Positions 1 through 12,819 of a stretch of 64,000 nt of DNA are shown piece by piece; the first letter of the stretch is position 1, and each line of letters opens with the position of its first letter. The notes under the pieces were generated by a model. The model saw nothing but the letters and a program-made list of their open reading frames with translations. It did no database searches and was not told the DNA's origin. The stretch is from Chiloscyllium plagiosum (taxonomy: Eukaryota): the NCBI RefSeq assembly GCF_004010195.1, contig NC_057750.1, positions 11,027,388 through 11,091,387 on the forward strand, read 5' to 3'. The position numbers and the translations under genes are program-made.

Positions 1-372
1 GCCTCATCTTCCGTCTAGGAACCCTCCAACCACAAGGGATGAACTCGGATTTCACCAGTTTCCTCATTTCCCCTCCCCCCACCTCGTCTCAGTCAAATCC
101 CCCCAACTCAGCCCCGCCTTCCTAACCTGCAATCTTCTTCCTGACCTCTCCGCCCCCACCCCACTCCGGCCTATCACCCTCACCTTGACCTCCTTCCACC
201 TATCGCATTTCCAACGCACCTCCCCCAAGTCCCGTCTCCCTATCTTTTATCTTAGCCTGCTGGACACACTTTCCTCATTCCTGAAGAAGGGCTCATGCCC
301 AAAATGTCAATTCTCCTGCTCCTTGGATGCTGCCTGACCTGCTGCGCTTTTCCAGCAACACATTTTCAACCT
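1..372 (+). mobile_element. Penelope-like element (PLE) 3' end: C-terminus of the RT/GIY-YIG ORF, 3' UTR and terminal repeat (pLTR family A) with a decayed hammerhead core
   Basis: Frame from 3 reads LIFRLGTLQPQGMNSDFTSF... to TAA 123-125, a typical PLE ORF end. A pyrimidine-rich UTR follows, then CTGAAGA-A-GGGC-TCAT-GCCC-aAAAt at 281-305, where GAAAC has decayed by CpG mutation. Confidence 0.8.
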
Positions 373-639
373 TGCAAGAACACAACAACAAATTCATGTG
401 AGGACTTGATGTATTATTCAAGCACCTCAAAAACATTGTTTGTATTGAACGCACAAAACTTTCCATTAAATTTCCATTACTATTCTGTAATGACTCTTCT
501 CTCAGCTGAATAAATATGCTGCTGTTGTGGAGCTGAGCCAACATTATACACTGTCAAACACAGGAGCTTACCTCTTCAAGCTGAGGACAATGCACCTGAT
601 TGAGTAATTCAGGCACTTAGACTATGACCTGAGGACAAG

Positions 640-960
640 TTCAGATCCCAGTGAGGCAGCTGGGAAGTTAAACTCCATTAATTGAGTAAGTCTAGGACGA
701 AAAGCTAGTACCCTTAGTGGTGACCACGATATTATTACATTGTTTCACTAGCATCCGTCCGGGAAGGAAGTCTGATGTCCTTATCCAGTTGGCCTGTGTG
801 TGATTCCAGACCCAAGTCACGTGGCTGATTCTTAACCACTGAGTTAGCTATTCCGATCTGTTCAAGGAGCCAGCTCACCAACACTTTTTCTAAGAGCATT
901 TAGAGATGGGGCATAAATACTGTCCTTGCCAGCAATATGCACACTTCCTGAAAGCGTATT
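640..960 (+). mobile_element. Old tRNA-derived SINE, family 2 (tail gggc-ataaatgctggcc)
   Basis: Similar to copies at about 48510-49040, 62255-62550, 34770-35580 and 33070-33330 (ttcactaatgtcc...ggaagga...gtgactccagaccca...ataaatgctggcc). Confidence 0.6.
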
Positions 961-1278
961 AAAAACTTTGCAAGTAATGAGATCAATTGTCGTTCCCTGA
1001 CACACCAACTGAGTCATCTGACCTGAAGTCACACTTCACTTTCCAATTCATTGATAAGAATCTCCTCAAAAGTTGTTTAAACCATTCATGGACAATGTTT
1101 GACTTATCTCACCATCAGCCCTGGAAGACTCAGTTTTCTAGTTGAAAGCACTCCCCTCAGACCAGGTGGAGTTTATCTTGAGCTAACTGGAACCCTGGGG
1201 ACAGACAGCAGATGCCTTATTGACCCTTATCTTGCACCAGGAAAATACACCCCATCTCTTTCATAAATGAGACAGAGA

Positions 1279-1627
1279 GGCACGGTGGCTCAGTGGGTAG
1301 CACTGTTTGTTCACAGCGCCAGGTTCAATTCAAGCCTCGAGCAAATGACTGTGTGGAGTTTGCACATTCTCCCCGTGTCTGCATGGGTTTCCTCTGGGTG
1401 CTCCGGTTTCTTCCCACAGTCCAAAGATGTGCAGGTTAGGTGAATTGGCCATGCTAAATTGTTCATTGTTTCCAGGGATGGGGTTAGGTGCATTAGTCAT
1501 GGGAAATGTAGGGTTGTAGGGTAGAGGAATGGATCTGGGTGGGATACTGTTTGGAGGCTCGGCGTAGACTTGTTGGGCCAAATGGCCTGTTTCCACACTG
1601 TAGGGTGGTATGGTATGGTATGGTATA
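1279..1627 (+). mobile_element. HE1-type elasmobranch tRNA-derived SINE
   Basis: A box (tggctcagtgg), B box (ggttcaattc), core gtgtggagtttgcacattctccccgtgtctgc, CR1-like tail and (GGTAT)n end. Confidence 0.85.
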
Positions 1628-1825
1628 AATTTATACAAAAAACAGGATTGACATCATTTAACCCCTACAATTTTTTCTTTGTCTTGGCTCCCTTTTCATA
1701 TTCCTCCATGACCCTGTCCCTCTCTACCTTTGACACGCTCTCATGAAATCTCTGCATTCCTCCAATTTTGTACTTTTATATATTTCTGTTTTCAATCACT
1801 CCACACTTTTTGTTGTGGAATGACT

Positions 1826-2287
1826 GTGTACAGTTCTGGTCACTGCATTATAGGAAGGATGTGGAAGCTTTGGAAAGGGTTCAGAGGAGACTTACTAGGA
1901 TGTTGCCTGGTATGGAGGGAAGGTCTTATGAGGAAAGGCTGAGGGACGAGAGAGAAGATTGAGAGGTGACTTAATTGAGACATATAAGATAATCAGAGGG
2001 TGGACAGTGAGAGCCTTTTTCCTCAGATGGTCATGTTTAGCACGAGGGGACATAGTTTTAAATTGAGGGGGTGATAGATATAGGACAGAGGTGAGAGGTA
2101 GTTTCTTTACTCAGAGTGTAGTAGGGGCGTGGAAGGCACTGCCTGCAACAGTGGTAGACTCGCCAAGTTTAAGGGTATTTAAATGGTCATTGGATAGACA
2201 TATGGATGAAAATTGAATAGGATAGAATAGATAGGATTCAGATTGGCTCCAAAGGGCCTGTACTGGCGCTGGAATGTTCTATGTTCC
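1826..2287 (+). mobile_element. CR1 LINE 3' fragment
   Basis: CVQFWSLHYRKDVEALERVQRRLTRMLPGMEGRSYEERL, the CR1 ORF2 C-terminal region, followed by a 3' UTR. Confidence 0.85.
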
Positions 2288-2627
2288 TTCAGTTGCAGAA
2301 GATCAAAGCTGTGGAATTCCTTCCCTAAGCACTTCCCCACTCTGCCTTTCTTTCCTTTTAAGCCACATACCTCTTTGTTAAATTGTGACTAAATGTAATA
2401 CCTCACATTATAACACTCCTGGGACGTGCCTTGGGATGTTTTACTACGTTAAGAAATATTTATGTTTAATGGAAGTTTTTTTTAATGTGGTGTACCTAAT
2501 TCCCTCTTGACGGTTAATAATGTTCATTCTGCTCCAACAACATAACTGCAGAAAAATGGTAAAGGAACAGATAACATAAAAGACAACTAGAAATCAGGAG
2601 GGATTATTCTGCACATTCCTGCTTCTC

Positions 2628-2949
2628 CTGTAAGACCCTCAGTTTGGTTTTACATTTTGTGCCAAGGGGTGTTTATGGGGGTTGTTGCGAGTATTAGGAA
2701 CAGCATCATTAAGTTGGTATAATCTGTTGGGGTTTCAGATAGTTAAGCTATCCTGTGTTCTGTTTTCTTATGTTTGTGTTTCATTTGGTAAACTTGTAAA
2801 TAAATTCTGTACATTTAAAACTTGAGTGGTTTGACCAGCTGAATCCCTCCTGGAGTATCTGTGTTACACCTGATTAAAACAACTAGCAAAGTTAGGGTCT
2901 GGGCTACTTTCTTGAAATGTTTTGAGGGGGTCTGGCCTGGTCCATAACA
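2628..2949 (+). mobile_element. 5'-truncated solo LTR (same family as 7643-8271 and 54644-55185)
   Basis: Shares the 3' end ...aaatgttttgaggggg-tctggcctggtccataaCA. Confidence 0.7.
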
Positions 2950-3763
2950 CAAGATACAGATTGTTGCTACTATGCATCAGTGGAAGAGGAAGTGATGTCG
3001 AAGGTGGATGACAAGCAAGCAAGCTGCTTGGTTCTGAATGTTGTCAATCATCTTGAGTGTTATTGGCACTACACTCAACCAGGCGAGTGGAAAGTATTCC
3101 ATCTCTCTCCTGACTTTGGTACAGACACAGTAGATTTGTTATTCACCGCACAGTTCTTTATCTCTGACCAGCTCCTGCAGCCATAATATTTATATATGGC
3201 TGTTCCAGTTCAGTTTCTGGTCAATGAAATTTGCATTTCCAAGATCTGGAGCACCGCATGAGCACATTTGCTACAAGAAATAGAAGTCTAATTCAGAAGC
3301 CGTGCACCCACACGTCATGACAAAGCTGAATAAAATCACATGTAAGTCAACTCTGGAAGATCTAACCACAGGCTTTTTTTTATGGCTCATTTCACAGAAA
3401 CCTAGTGTCTGGCGGTGACATGAGATCTGTGCCTGACAAACAAACATTGTATCATCAGCAGCGTCCCTAATACAACCAGGGCAACTGTCCAGCTGCAGAC
3501 TGTGGCATTGCCAGCTGCCACAGTAGCTGCCCTTTGGATCTGAGGTAGCTGGCACACAGAATCTTTACTACAACACTTGGGTTAGAATTTGTGCGAGAAG
3601 GAAAATAGATTTAAAGTCAAATCTGTTCACATTTCCTTGTCAAGGCTTTGGAGCAGAACATCAAAGAGTTGCTAGAATGGTTTCAGGCATTAAGTAGCTT
3701 GGAATGATTGCAGAAGCTGGGGTTTTGCTCTCTAGAGTAAAGAAGGCTATTGGAGTTAACAGA

Positions 3764-3937
3764 TTTGGAGGAGCCGGTGTTGGACTGGGGTGGACACAGT
3801 TAAAAATCACATAGCACCAGGTTATAATCCAACAGGGTCCTACTCCACAACCACCTGATGAAGAAGCAGCGTTTTGAAAGCTAGTGCTTCCAAATAAACC
3901 TGTTGGACTGTAACCTGATGTTGTGTGATTTTTAAAA
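3764..3937. mobile_element. PLE terminal-repeat family B, inverted arrangement, decayed hammerhead
   Basis: ctgatga-agaagc-agc-gtttt-gaaagcta at 3855-3883; flanked by gagttaa(c/t)aga (3753/3938), a probable TSD. Confidence 0.7.
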
Positions 3938-6900
3938 GAGTTAATAGAGGCATTTTAAAATCACAGACGTTTTAGAGTAAGTAAAGTTTCCAGTGGCTGA
4001 AAGGTCAATGATGAGAGGAAACAGATGTAAAGTGATTGGCTAATGAATTGTTTGGTGACATGAAGAGAAATTGTCTTGTTCAGTGAGTGATTAGAGTTTG
4101 CAATATACCGCTGAGTATTGTAGTGAAAACAGGTTTAATGGGAGTCGCATAATTAAGATAAAGTTTTGTAGAGATACAACGAAAGAGAAGAATGGACCTA
4201 ATTGGATTGCTCTTAGCATTAGCACAGATGTAAAGGGGCTGAATAACCTTTTTCTGTCCTGCACTATGAACCCCACGCTGTCCTCACACACCTCATTCAG
4301 AGTCTGTATTTTGCTTTCAAATCAATAGGTTGTGTTTTGTCCTAACATCTTTGTATTATACAGAATCAGCTAATGAAGGTAAAATCTTTACACCTTCCTC
4401 CTGGTGTCACCTTCAGTGAACAGCATCTTAGGAGAGCTGGCTGACGTGGTAGGTTAAGGCACAGATTGTTTTAAGGCACAGGAGGTTAAAAGCATCCCAG
4501 ACAGACAAGATGGTAGTCTCTCCTGTCTACTGGATGTAAGGTGTTTTAATCCTCTGACACAAACAGGCAAAAGAAGCAATTATAACCTCTTGTTGCACGA
4601 TCATCCTAAATCCACAAAAATAATCCATGACCTCAATTTCTGTTATTTCAATTTTATATTGCAAATTATATATTAAATAGCAGATACGAAGAAAGCTAGA
4701 GCTCCCAAAACCCTTCACAGCCCTGAACGTTCTCTAATACAATTTCAGCTCATCTTTGAAGTTTTATCCTCCAATTCTCATTCTGGTAGCTGCACCCAAA
4801 CAGTCCAAGTTTCACCAAAATTTCTACAGAAGCTTCTCAGGCCTGCTCACATCAGTCTTGATGTCATGGATCCCCCAGACACCCCCTTATCTGCAGCCTC
4901 AGTGATAAACCCATGCACTGTATGGCCAGCTCACACTTGAAGTGAAAGAAACCACTGCAACTCCCTGGTATTTATCTGTTGCCAGCTTCAGGATACAGCC
5001 GCCATTTTCTTTTGGTTCAGCTATTCTACTCCTTGGCTGAAGGAAAACTTGGTCACATGGGCGCTGCCAGACAGATCAGGTGTTTTGCCAAGTCTCTCAA
5101 AAAAGGAAATTCTCTCCTTGCTGTTCAACATCTTGGTGACAATTTTGTCAGTTTCCACCACTGAGTGCCCAATGCTTCATTTCCCATGTCAACGAACCCT
5201 TTTTTGAGCAAGGTACTATTTTGCCTGGGACTTTCTCTGTTGGACTGCTACCACTTTTTATAAACTAGAGCTCGTCCAAACTCTGCTGCACATATCCTGA
5301 CTGACACTAAGTCACGGACATTGTCTGCATTCTGTCTCATTTTCTAGCTGCTGTGCAGACTTTTGCAATCTGTACACAGCAGCAACTTCCTGAACAGGAA
5401 GTCAACGGGTCAACATGTCAATTGGTGTCTGTGGACTCTCCAACTGGCTAGAGTGAAATATTGGTCGTCGTTGTGCTGACTGATCTACCATCAGTGCTCA
5501 GGTTGAAAATTCTCAACCTCTCCTATTAAAATCTCTCCTTTTCTCTGCAAGTTTTTCTACCTTTATAACCCTCTTAGAAATCTGCGTTTCTCCAATTCCT
5601 GATTTAAACCGTCCCACCATTGCCAGCCATGCCTTTCTCTAGAAACCCATCCACAAACCTGCCTGCTGTCCACCTTTAAAGCCCTCCTTAAACCATTTCT
5701 CTTTGACTAAGCTTGAAGTCACCTCCTTTGCCGCAGTGTCAGTTCATGAGAATTGCCTGAGGCCATTAGGTTCAGCTGCCTGAAAGGGAAACCTCAGTTC
5801 TTTAGTCTGGGCTCGCCCTGACCCAGGAAGCCATTCAGGCAGTAGACTGTGTGCTATTTGTTAACTTCAATACACAATATCAAATGGTGATCACATTAAT
5901 TTCCTATTGGCCAGGAGCCATTACATGGTTACATGAGTCCCCTTCCAAGTCTCAAATCATTCATCATTGTGAACATCTTGGCTTAAAGAACAAAATGTGA
6001 AATATTGTCTGTTGCTGAGTTTCGATATCCTCTTCATCTACATTGAGTAAGTAGTTTGATCTACTCATTAAATATTAATTGAATATCATTCCCTGGGCTT
6101 TCTCCAGCCTCCCTCCGTCTGCTTTCAGAAATGTCACAGAGTGATGAAACATTAATAATACACCTCCTGGGTAGTCAAAAAGAATCATTAGAGGTTGCTG
6201 TGACCCAGCAACCAGCTCTCAATTGTACCAAAGCATCTCATCCATTGTAACTTTTTAAAAAAATAAGAACAAAGATCCTGGCTCCTTTTCTCATAGAACC
6301 ATAGAGATGTACAGTATGGAAACAGACCCTTCGGTCCAACTCATCCATGCCGACCAGATAGTCCAACCCAATCTTGTCCCACTTGCCAGCACCCAGCCCT
6401 CATCCCTCTAAACCCTTCCTATTCATATACTCATTCCTTCTTTCTATCCGAAATCAAAAAGGCAGATCCAACAACTAATAATCTTACAGATGTATTATTT
6501 ATAATAATGGCACTGTTCAAACCCTCCAATCCAAAAGCTGTATATGTAGGCAATCATTTGCTTTTGAATTGTAGACCCTGACATAAGCATACATTTGAAT
6601 GCCATAAAAATGACGTTCAGGGGAGACAATGGGTGAGGTAGTGATTGAAAGGGAGCTCCCTTTTCTAATAATGCTGTACAATCTTTTATATCCATTTGAA
6701 CTGGTAAGTTACTCCATGGTTCAATATTACACCTGATAGATGGTATCTCTGAAAATGCAGCCTTTCCTCAATACTACAACACAGGGTCAATCTCAGATTC
6801 CAACTGTTGTCAATCTGCACCATACCTGAACTGCTGTATCCCCTAGATTTTGGCAGGGACAATAGGCTAGCCACCCTTGTAGCTTTAAATTCAGTAATCC

Positions 6901-7169
6901 AGGTCTGGTACAGTCAATCACTGAAATAAAGGCTTGTATTTATACAGTGCCTTTCGCATTCCCCTACCCTGATCCTTACAAAACATTTTAGAGCGGCAGC
7001 CTATTTACAGGCAGGAATGTCCCACAAGCAACAATGTGAAAATAAAACAATTTATTTTATGTTGTGAGGTGAGGGGGAAATATTTACCAAGACACCAGGC
7101 AAACTTTCATGTTCTTCATTAAAATAGAGACATGGGACCTTTAATATCAACCCAGGAGGGTGAAAGGAT

Positions 7170-7600
7170 GTTATTAAACAGGAAAGGATGTAAAAAAGAT
7201 TTTCAAGGATATTGTTGAGACTGGAAGGTTTGAGTTGTAAGAATAGGCTGGAACCTTTCCCTGGAGCGTAGGAGGCTAAGGAAGTGACCTTTTGGAGGTT
7301 TATAAAATCACAAAGGGCATAGATAAGGTGAATAGCCAAGGCCTTTTAGGGGAAAGATTTAAAAGGGTGCTGAGGGTCAACTTTGTCCACAGAGGGTGGT
7401 GTGTATATGGGATGAGCTGCCAGAGGAAATGATAGGTGCAGGTACAATTACAACATTTTAAAATACATTTGTACAGGTACATGGATAGGAAAGGTTTGGA
7501 GGGATATGGGCCAATGCAAACAAATGGACTAGTTCAGTTTAGGAAACCTGTTTAGCATGGACAGCTTAGGCCTAAGGGCCTGTTTCCTGTATGACTCTAT
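7170..7600 (+). mobile_element. CR1 LINE 3' fragment
   Basis: gagctgccagaggaa...acatttaaa... and (gactctat) terminal repeat. Confidence 0.8.
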
Positions 7601-7642
7601 GAGCACTCGGGTTTAATGTCTCATTCAGTAGCCTGAAACACA

Positions 7643-8271
7643 TGTCACAAAACTAGTCCCTTTTTTTCTAAAGGCTGTTCCTTGGCTCAAGGAGATTCTG
7701 TTCTTGATTTTTTTCAAGGGGCAATAAACTGGGCCAGGCTCCGATCAGACTGGTTTGGTACAGAGATGAAAAGGGTTTGAGAGGCATTTTGTTTATATGT
7801 GAACAGGTGAGATGTCAGGCCAAAGTGGTCATGGTTTAGAACTGACCTGTATAAGGAAAAGGGAATGGTCAGCTTTCTAGCTGAGCTGAGCAGTTTTAGT
7901 TCAGTCTTGAACTGGTTGGAAGTTCAACAGGGAGCTGTGTCGAAACTATCTCTCTCTTTCTGCCCTTCAACTTCAACCTGTAAGCGTGTTCCATTTATCC
8001 TGGTTTTTAAAGCGGACTGTTATGTATATTCAGAACAGCATGATTAACTCTAGTTGGATAGGCTGAGTTCTGAAGGGGTTCTTTATTCTGTTCTTTATGT
8101 TTCATTGTGTAATTTTGTGAATACATTTTTGTCTGTTTTAAAATCTAGTAGTCAACCTAGCTAACTTATTCCAGGTAATTTTCCCTGTACACTTACTGAG
8201 ACAAATTGCAAAGTTATGGTCTGAGCTCCCTGCTAAAGAATGTTTTGAGTGGTCTGGCTTAGTCCATAACA
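7643..8271 (+). mobile_element. Solo LTR (TG...CA) with 4-bp TSD CACA, Gypsy-like, in a BCKDHA intron
   Basis: Starts tgtcacaaa at 7643 and ends ccataaca at 8271; CACA at 7639-7642 and 8272-8275. Confidence 0.8.
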
Positions 8272-8422
8272 CACAAGTCGTCATAGATTATGGGCCCATG
8301 GTTCTGCAGTGGCAATTGAACGCGCAACCTTCTGACTCAAAGGCATAAGTGCTCGCCACTGATCCACAGTGCTATAGTTAACTGAGCTCAGGTGCCTAGC
8401 TGTCAGATTACAACAATTGGAC

Positions 8423-8848
8423 TCCATAGACTGTGGCTGTTTTCCCTGAAGCATCAGAGGCTGAGGGGTGACCTTGTAGAGGTTTTTAAAATCATGAGGG
8501 GCATGGATAGGGAAAAGGTCGAGGTCATTTCCCTAGGGTGGGGGACCCTAGAACTAGAGGGCGTAGGTTTAAGGTGAGAGGGGAAAGATTTAAAAGGGAC
8601 CTAAGGAGCAACGTTTTCACACAAATGGTGGTGCATGTGTGGAATGAGCTGCCAGAGGAAGTGGTGGAGGCTGGTCCAATTACAACATTTAAAAGGCATC
8701 TGGATGGTTATACGAATAGGAAGAGTTTAGAGGAACATGGGCCAAGTGTTGGCAAATGGGACTAGATTAATTTAGAATATCTGGTCGGCGTCCTTGAGTT
8801 GGATCGAAAGGTCTGTTTCCATACTGTACATCTGTATGACTCTATGAC
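8423..8848 (+). mobile_element. CR1 LINE 3' fragment
   Basis: LFSLKHQRLRGDLVEVFKIMRG and RTRGRRFKV...WNELPEEVVEA; gactctatgact tail. Confidence 0.85.
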
Positions 8849-9059
8849 TTAGGCAGTAGAGGCAAAATGTCAGCCAGGATTCCTGCTCCCAGTTCTAGGG
8901 ACCATAGCTCCACCACCACAAGAATTCAGCTGTGATAAAGCTACTTGCTGGATGCTCATTGTCACTGCATCATAGCAAATGGTGTGCCTGTGGCAAGCAC
9001 GATATATAGCCAAGCACAATACACAGCTAATTGTGGAATTGAATTCTGAATCTCTCCAG

Positions 9060-9231
9060 GATAGGCCACCACAGTACCAGTGATGACAGCTCAGCCTATC
9101 GATCTGTGGATGAAGTAAACTACTGGGACAAACAGGACCACCCCATCTCGAGGCTCCGACACTACATGGTGAACAAGGGCTGGTGGGACGAGGAGCAGGA
9201 AAAAGCTTGGAGGAAGCAGTCCAGGAAACGG
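9060..9231 (+). CDS. BCKDHA: Branched-chain alpha-keto acid dehydrogenase E1 alpha, penultimate coding exon
   Basis: tctctccag acceptor and gtaggt donor; translates (R)[57 protein letters not shown], including the BCKDK phosphorylation loop HHSTSDD. Confidence 0.97.
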
Positions 9232-10329
9232 GTAGGTATTAACACTGACGTTCAGTGCAAAAACTAAACAATGAGTGCTTTCCTATAAAGCAGCATGACC
9301 CACACTTCATCTTGTACTTTGTTGAGCGTAAAAAATTCTGAGATGTCCTGCTAATGACAATGCAAAGTTTTTTTTTGTTGCAGTCTTTCACAAAGAATTG
9401 GAACTCAGTATTGCATTCTAATTGAATCAGGTTTTGTAAATCCACGATTTTAGCAGTAGGATTCACATTTTGCATTGTATATTGTGTTACTCAACCACAC
9501 AATGCTGACTGAGTATCTAGTTGTCATGCCCCGACCGTCAAACTTCCTGCCAGGGTTAATCAGTCAGCTGCTAACTAGATTCCTGCGGATCAGTGGGAAG
9601 TCAGCTGATCAATGCTCAACAGCGTCAGCTCATTTCCTTTTGCATCCCAGAAAGACAAATCAGAATATTCTCTCCAAGGAGTGGAGCTCTGGGAGATCAA
9701 AGAGATTTTGGATTTCTTGGCCTGTCCACATCACTTAAAAGTCAGAAGACAAACTGTGATCGATAAGACTAATGCAATGTTGGCCTTTATCTCGGGAGCT
9801 GTAATACAAAGGCAAGGAAGCAATGCTTCAGCTGTAGCAAGCAGACTGGTGCAAGTCACGGTGTGCTAGAGTGAAACCATTTAAGATGCTGGCATTAATT
9901 CTAGTCTAAGAGAAACCTCACATGCATTAACATGTGGTACTTTGCACATATATATTCATTTAGCATCTACCAGCAGTCACAACAGTCAAAAAAAAATTCA
10001 CACACTCCATTCTTTTGCCTTGTCAGCAAATGCATAAGAAGTTCAAACTTCACATGCCTAAGGTACACAAGTATGACATACCAATTGCATTGTCTATTGC
10101 TCAATTTCTACTTGTGAATCAGAAATGCGAGTAGTTGGCTTGCAGGGTCAGCTTATGTATGGGACAACACTGGCACAGAACCTGGGTCAGGTGCCGATGG
10201 AGCACCGCTCCATTTTAACCATCATAGGGAAGGATATTTGCCTTGGGAGTAGCTACAAGATTGGTTCATGGGAGTGGTACGGAGGCTGAAATGAATAAGT
10301 TGCATAAACACAAGACTCAAGATGTTTGC

Positions 10330-11165
10330 AGATGGAATGATAGGTCGAATGAATGGGCAAATATCTAGAAAGCGGAAGATGTGGAAAATGTGAAGTAGAT
10401 TGCTTTGGCAGAAAGCAGAGTGTCACTTAAACTGAACAAATGTAGAATTTCGAGGTACAAAGGCATTTAGGTGTTCTAGTGCCCCAGTGTCAAAATATTA
10501 TTACACAGGTATGATGTGTAATGAAAAAGGCTGATAGGATTCTGTCCTTTATTACGAGAGTCATTGAGCATAAAAGTAAGGATGTTATGCTGCAGTTACA
10601 CTGAACATTGGTGAAGTCACATCACTAATACTGTTTTGAATGTGCTGATTTGGTTACCTTCTTTAAGGGTGAATGCTAATGCGGTAGAGGCACATCTGAG
10701 GTTTATGAGATAGACAGCTGGACTGAGCAGGTTGTCTTATGAGGAAAGGTTAGACAGACTGGGCTTATGTCCCCTGGAGTTTAGAAGAGTGAGGGCTTGG
10801 CTGAAAATGTGTAAGATCCTGAATGATCTTGAAAACGTGGAAAGGATATTTCCTCTTGTGGATCAGTCCAGAACTAGAGGGCACTGTTTTATAATTGGGG
10901 GGCTGTCCTTCAGGACAGAGATGTGGAGAGTTTTTCCTTTCTCTCTCTGAGACTTGGGAACTCTATGCTTCAGAAAGTGATGGAGGCAGAGTTATTTAAT
11001 ATTTTTAAGACTGAGGTGGATAGATTGTTATTAGGCAAGGAACTGAAGGTTATCAGAGGGTAGGTGAGAATGTGGAATTTGAAACACAAACAATTCAGCC
11101 TTGATCTAATTGGATGGCAGGGCAGGATCAAGACGGCGACTGAGCTACTTGTGCTCCTGTTTTAT
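10330..11165 (+). mobile_element. Older CR1 LINE 3' fragment
   Basis: SYEERLDRLGLCPLEFRRVR...SRTRGH, heavily decayed. Confidence 0.7.
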
Positions 11166-12648
11166 ATGTTCAGCTTGCCTTGAGGTCAGAAGATGAGGAG
11201 AAGTGTTTGAAATGATAAAGAGGTGGGTATAGAGACCCTGCTTCCCTGGTATAGCAATCCAGAACAAAGGGACATCTGTGGAGAGAAATAAAGAAGGATC
11301 ACTGGACGCAGAACATTGATTTCTCTGCACACATGCTACCAGACCTGCTCAATTTTTCTAGCGTATTCTGTTTTTGTTTCTCATTTCCAGCATCCACTGT
11401 TCTTTCAGTTTTTTTCTTCGGACGAGCCTCAGTGCAGCTGCGCAGCTTAGAGAGAACACTGGTCTCCTTTTTCCTCATGTTTCTAGGACCTGAGGAGGGG
11501 AAGAGTAGCAAGGATGTCATAGAAAACTCTTTTTTTTCAGTAGTTGCAAGCATTGCTGACAAGACTGACATTTGTTGCTATCCCTAATTCTGAAAGTGTT
11601 GGTGAACTGCCTTCTTGGGTTGTTACAGTCCTTGGGGCGCCAAGGTAGCTTAGTGATTATTACAACAGTGTGGCTTTCTACGTTGATTTGAAGGGCAGTT
11701 AAGAGTCCACACTGCTGAAGGTCTGAGTCACATAGAGGCCAGACCAGTTGGAACAAGAATCATGTTGGACTCAAAATGCTAACTCTGTTTCTCTCTCCAC
11801 AAATGCTACCAGACATGCTGAGTTCACCTCGCACTCTGTTTTTATGTCAGATTTCCAGAATCTTCAGTACTCTACTATGCTATACAGAGCTGGAAGATAT
11901 GTGTTAAAAGTAAAAAAAAAAAATTCTTGTTGCAGTGCTACTATTAGTTGAGCCGCACCATGTGCAGTAACTTAAAGCAATGTCTTTTGTTATAGGATGT
12001 GATAATGGTGAATGCTGTAGCCTACATTCCCTGGCTTCAAACCCAGCATTCAATCACTTCCCTTCACCCAGAGCTCTAATCAGGAGTTTGCTGTGTGGAC
12101 CACAGAAATTACATTTCCTCTTAATTTCCTGATCTTTCAGTTGCGGTCTCTGTGTTATTCAAAAAGCATAGAACCCACTGACAAGCTGGCTGGCAGATAT
12201 AATGTCAGCCTTCAGTGGCCTGGGTGAATTTTCTGCTTATAGCCATCTACCCAGAGTGTTACAAACAAGAGATACAAAATCATTGTTGTCTGAGGTCTGC
12301 AGTGACTCGACACCTCACCTCAGCAAGAAACACAAGAAAACATTGAAAGTCAACTGCAGATCCAAGGCCCCGGATAAGAAATTCTACTTCTGGATTACAT
12401 GCGGGAGTGTGGGTGTTGTGCATATGTTCTGTTGTCCCTGCAGTGGGAGTGTAGATTAAAGTATTTTATTCTTTGCAATCCATCAAAGGGTGGTTTAACA
12501 GCAATGTCAGTGGTGTTGTACAGGACCAGAGGTGCTGTAAATCTGAGGCACAGAATGCATTTTAAACGCTAGAAGGGAGCTTCCTTAATGATGCCGCTGA
12601 TAAAATGCTGCCCATTTAACGAGTTGACTCTGCAATCTCTTTTGCCAG

Positions 12649-12819
12649 GTCATGGAAGCCTTTGAAGAAGCTGAACGGGCACTGAAACCAAAACTGGATC
12701 ACTTGTTCTCCGATGTATATGACGAGACCCCAGTCAGCCTCCAGAAACAGCAGGAGGCGCTGCAGCGGCACTTGAAGATGTATGGAGAGCATTACCCCAT
12801 TGACCATTATGAGAAATAG
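12649..12819 (+). CDS. BCKDHA: BCKDH E1 alpha, last coding exon
   Basis: tttgccag acceptor in phase with the previous exon; [56 protein letters not shown] then TAG at 12817-12819. Confidence 0.97.
   Translation, partial: VMEAFEEAERALKPKLDHLFSDVYDETPVSLQKQQEALQRHLKMYGEHYPIDHYEK

Noticed and set aside
1..9059. Earlier BCKDHA exons (e.g. the RVDGND-containing exon)
   Set aside because: Not found by eye; they presumably lie upstream of the window.
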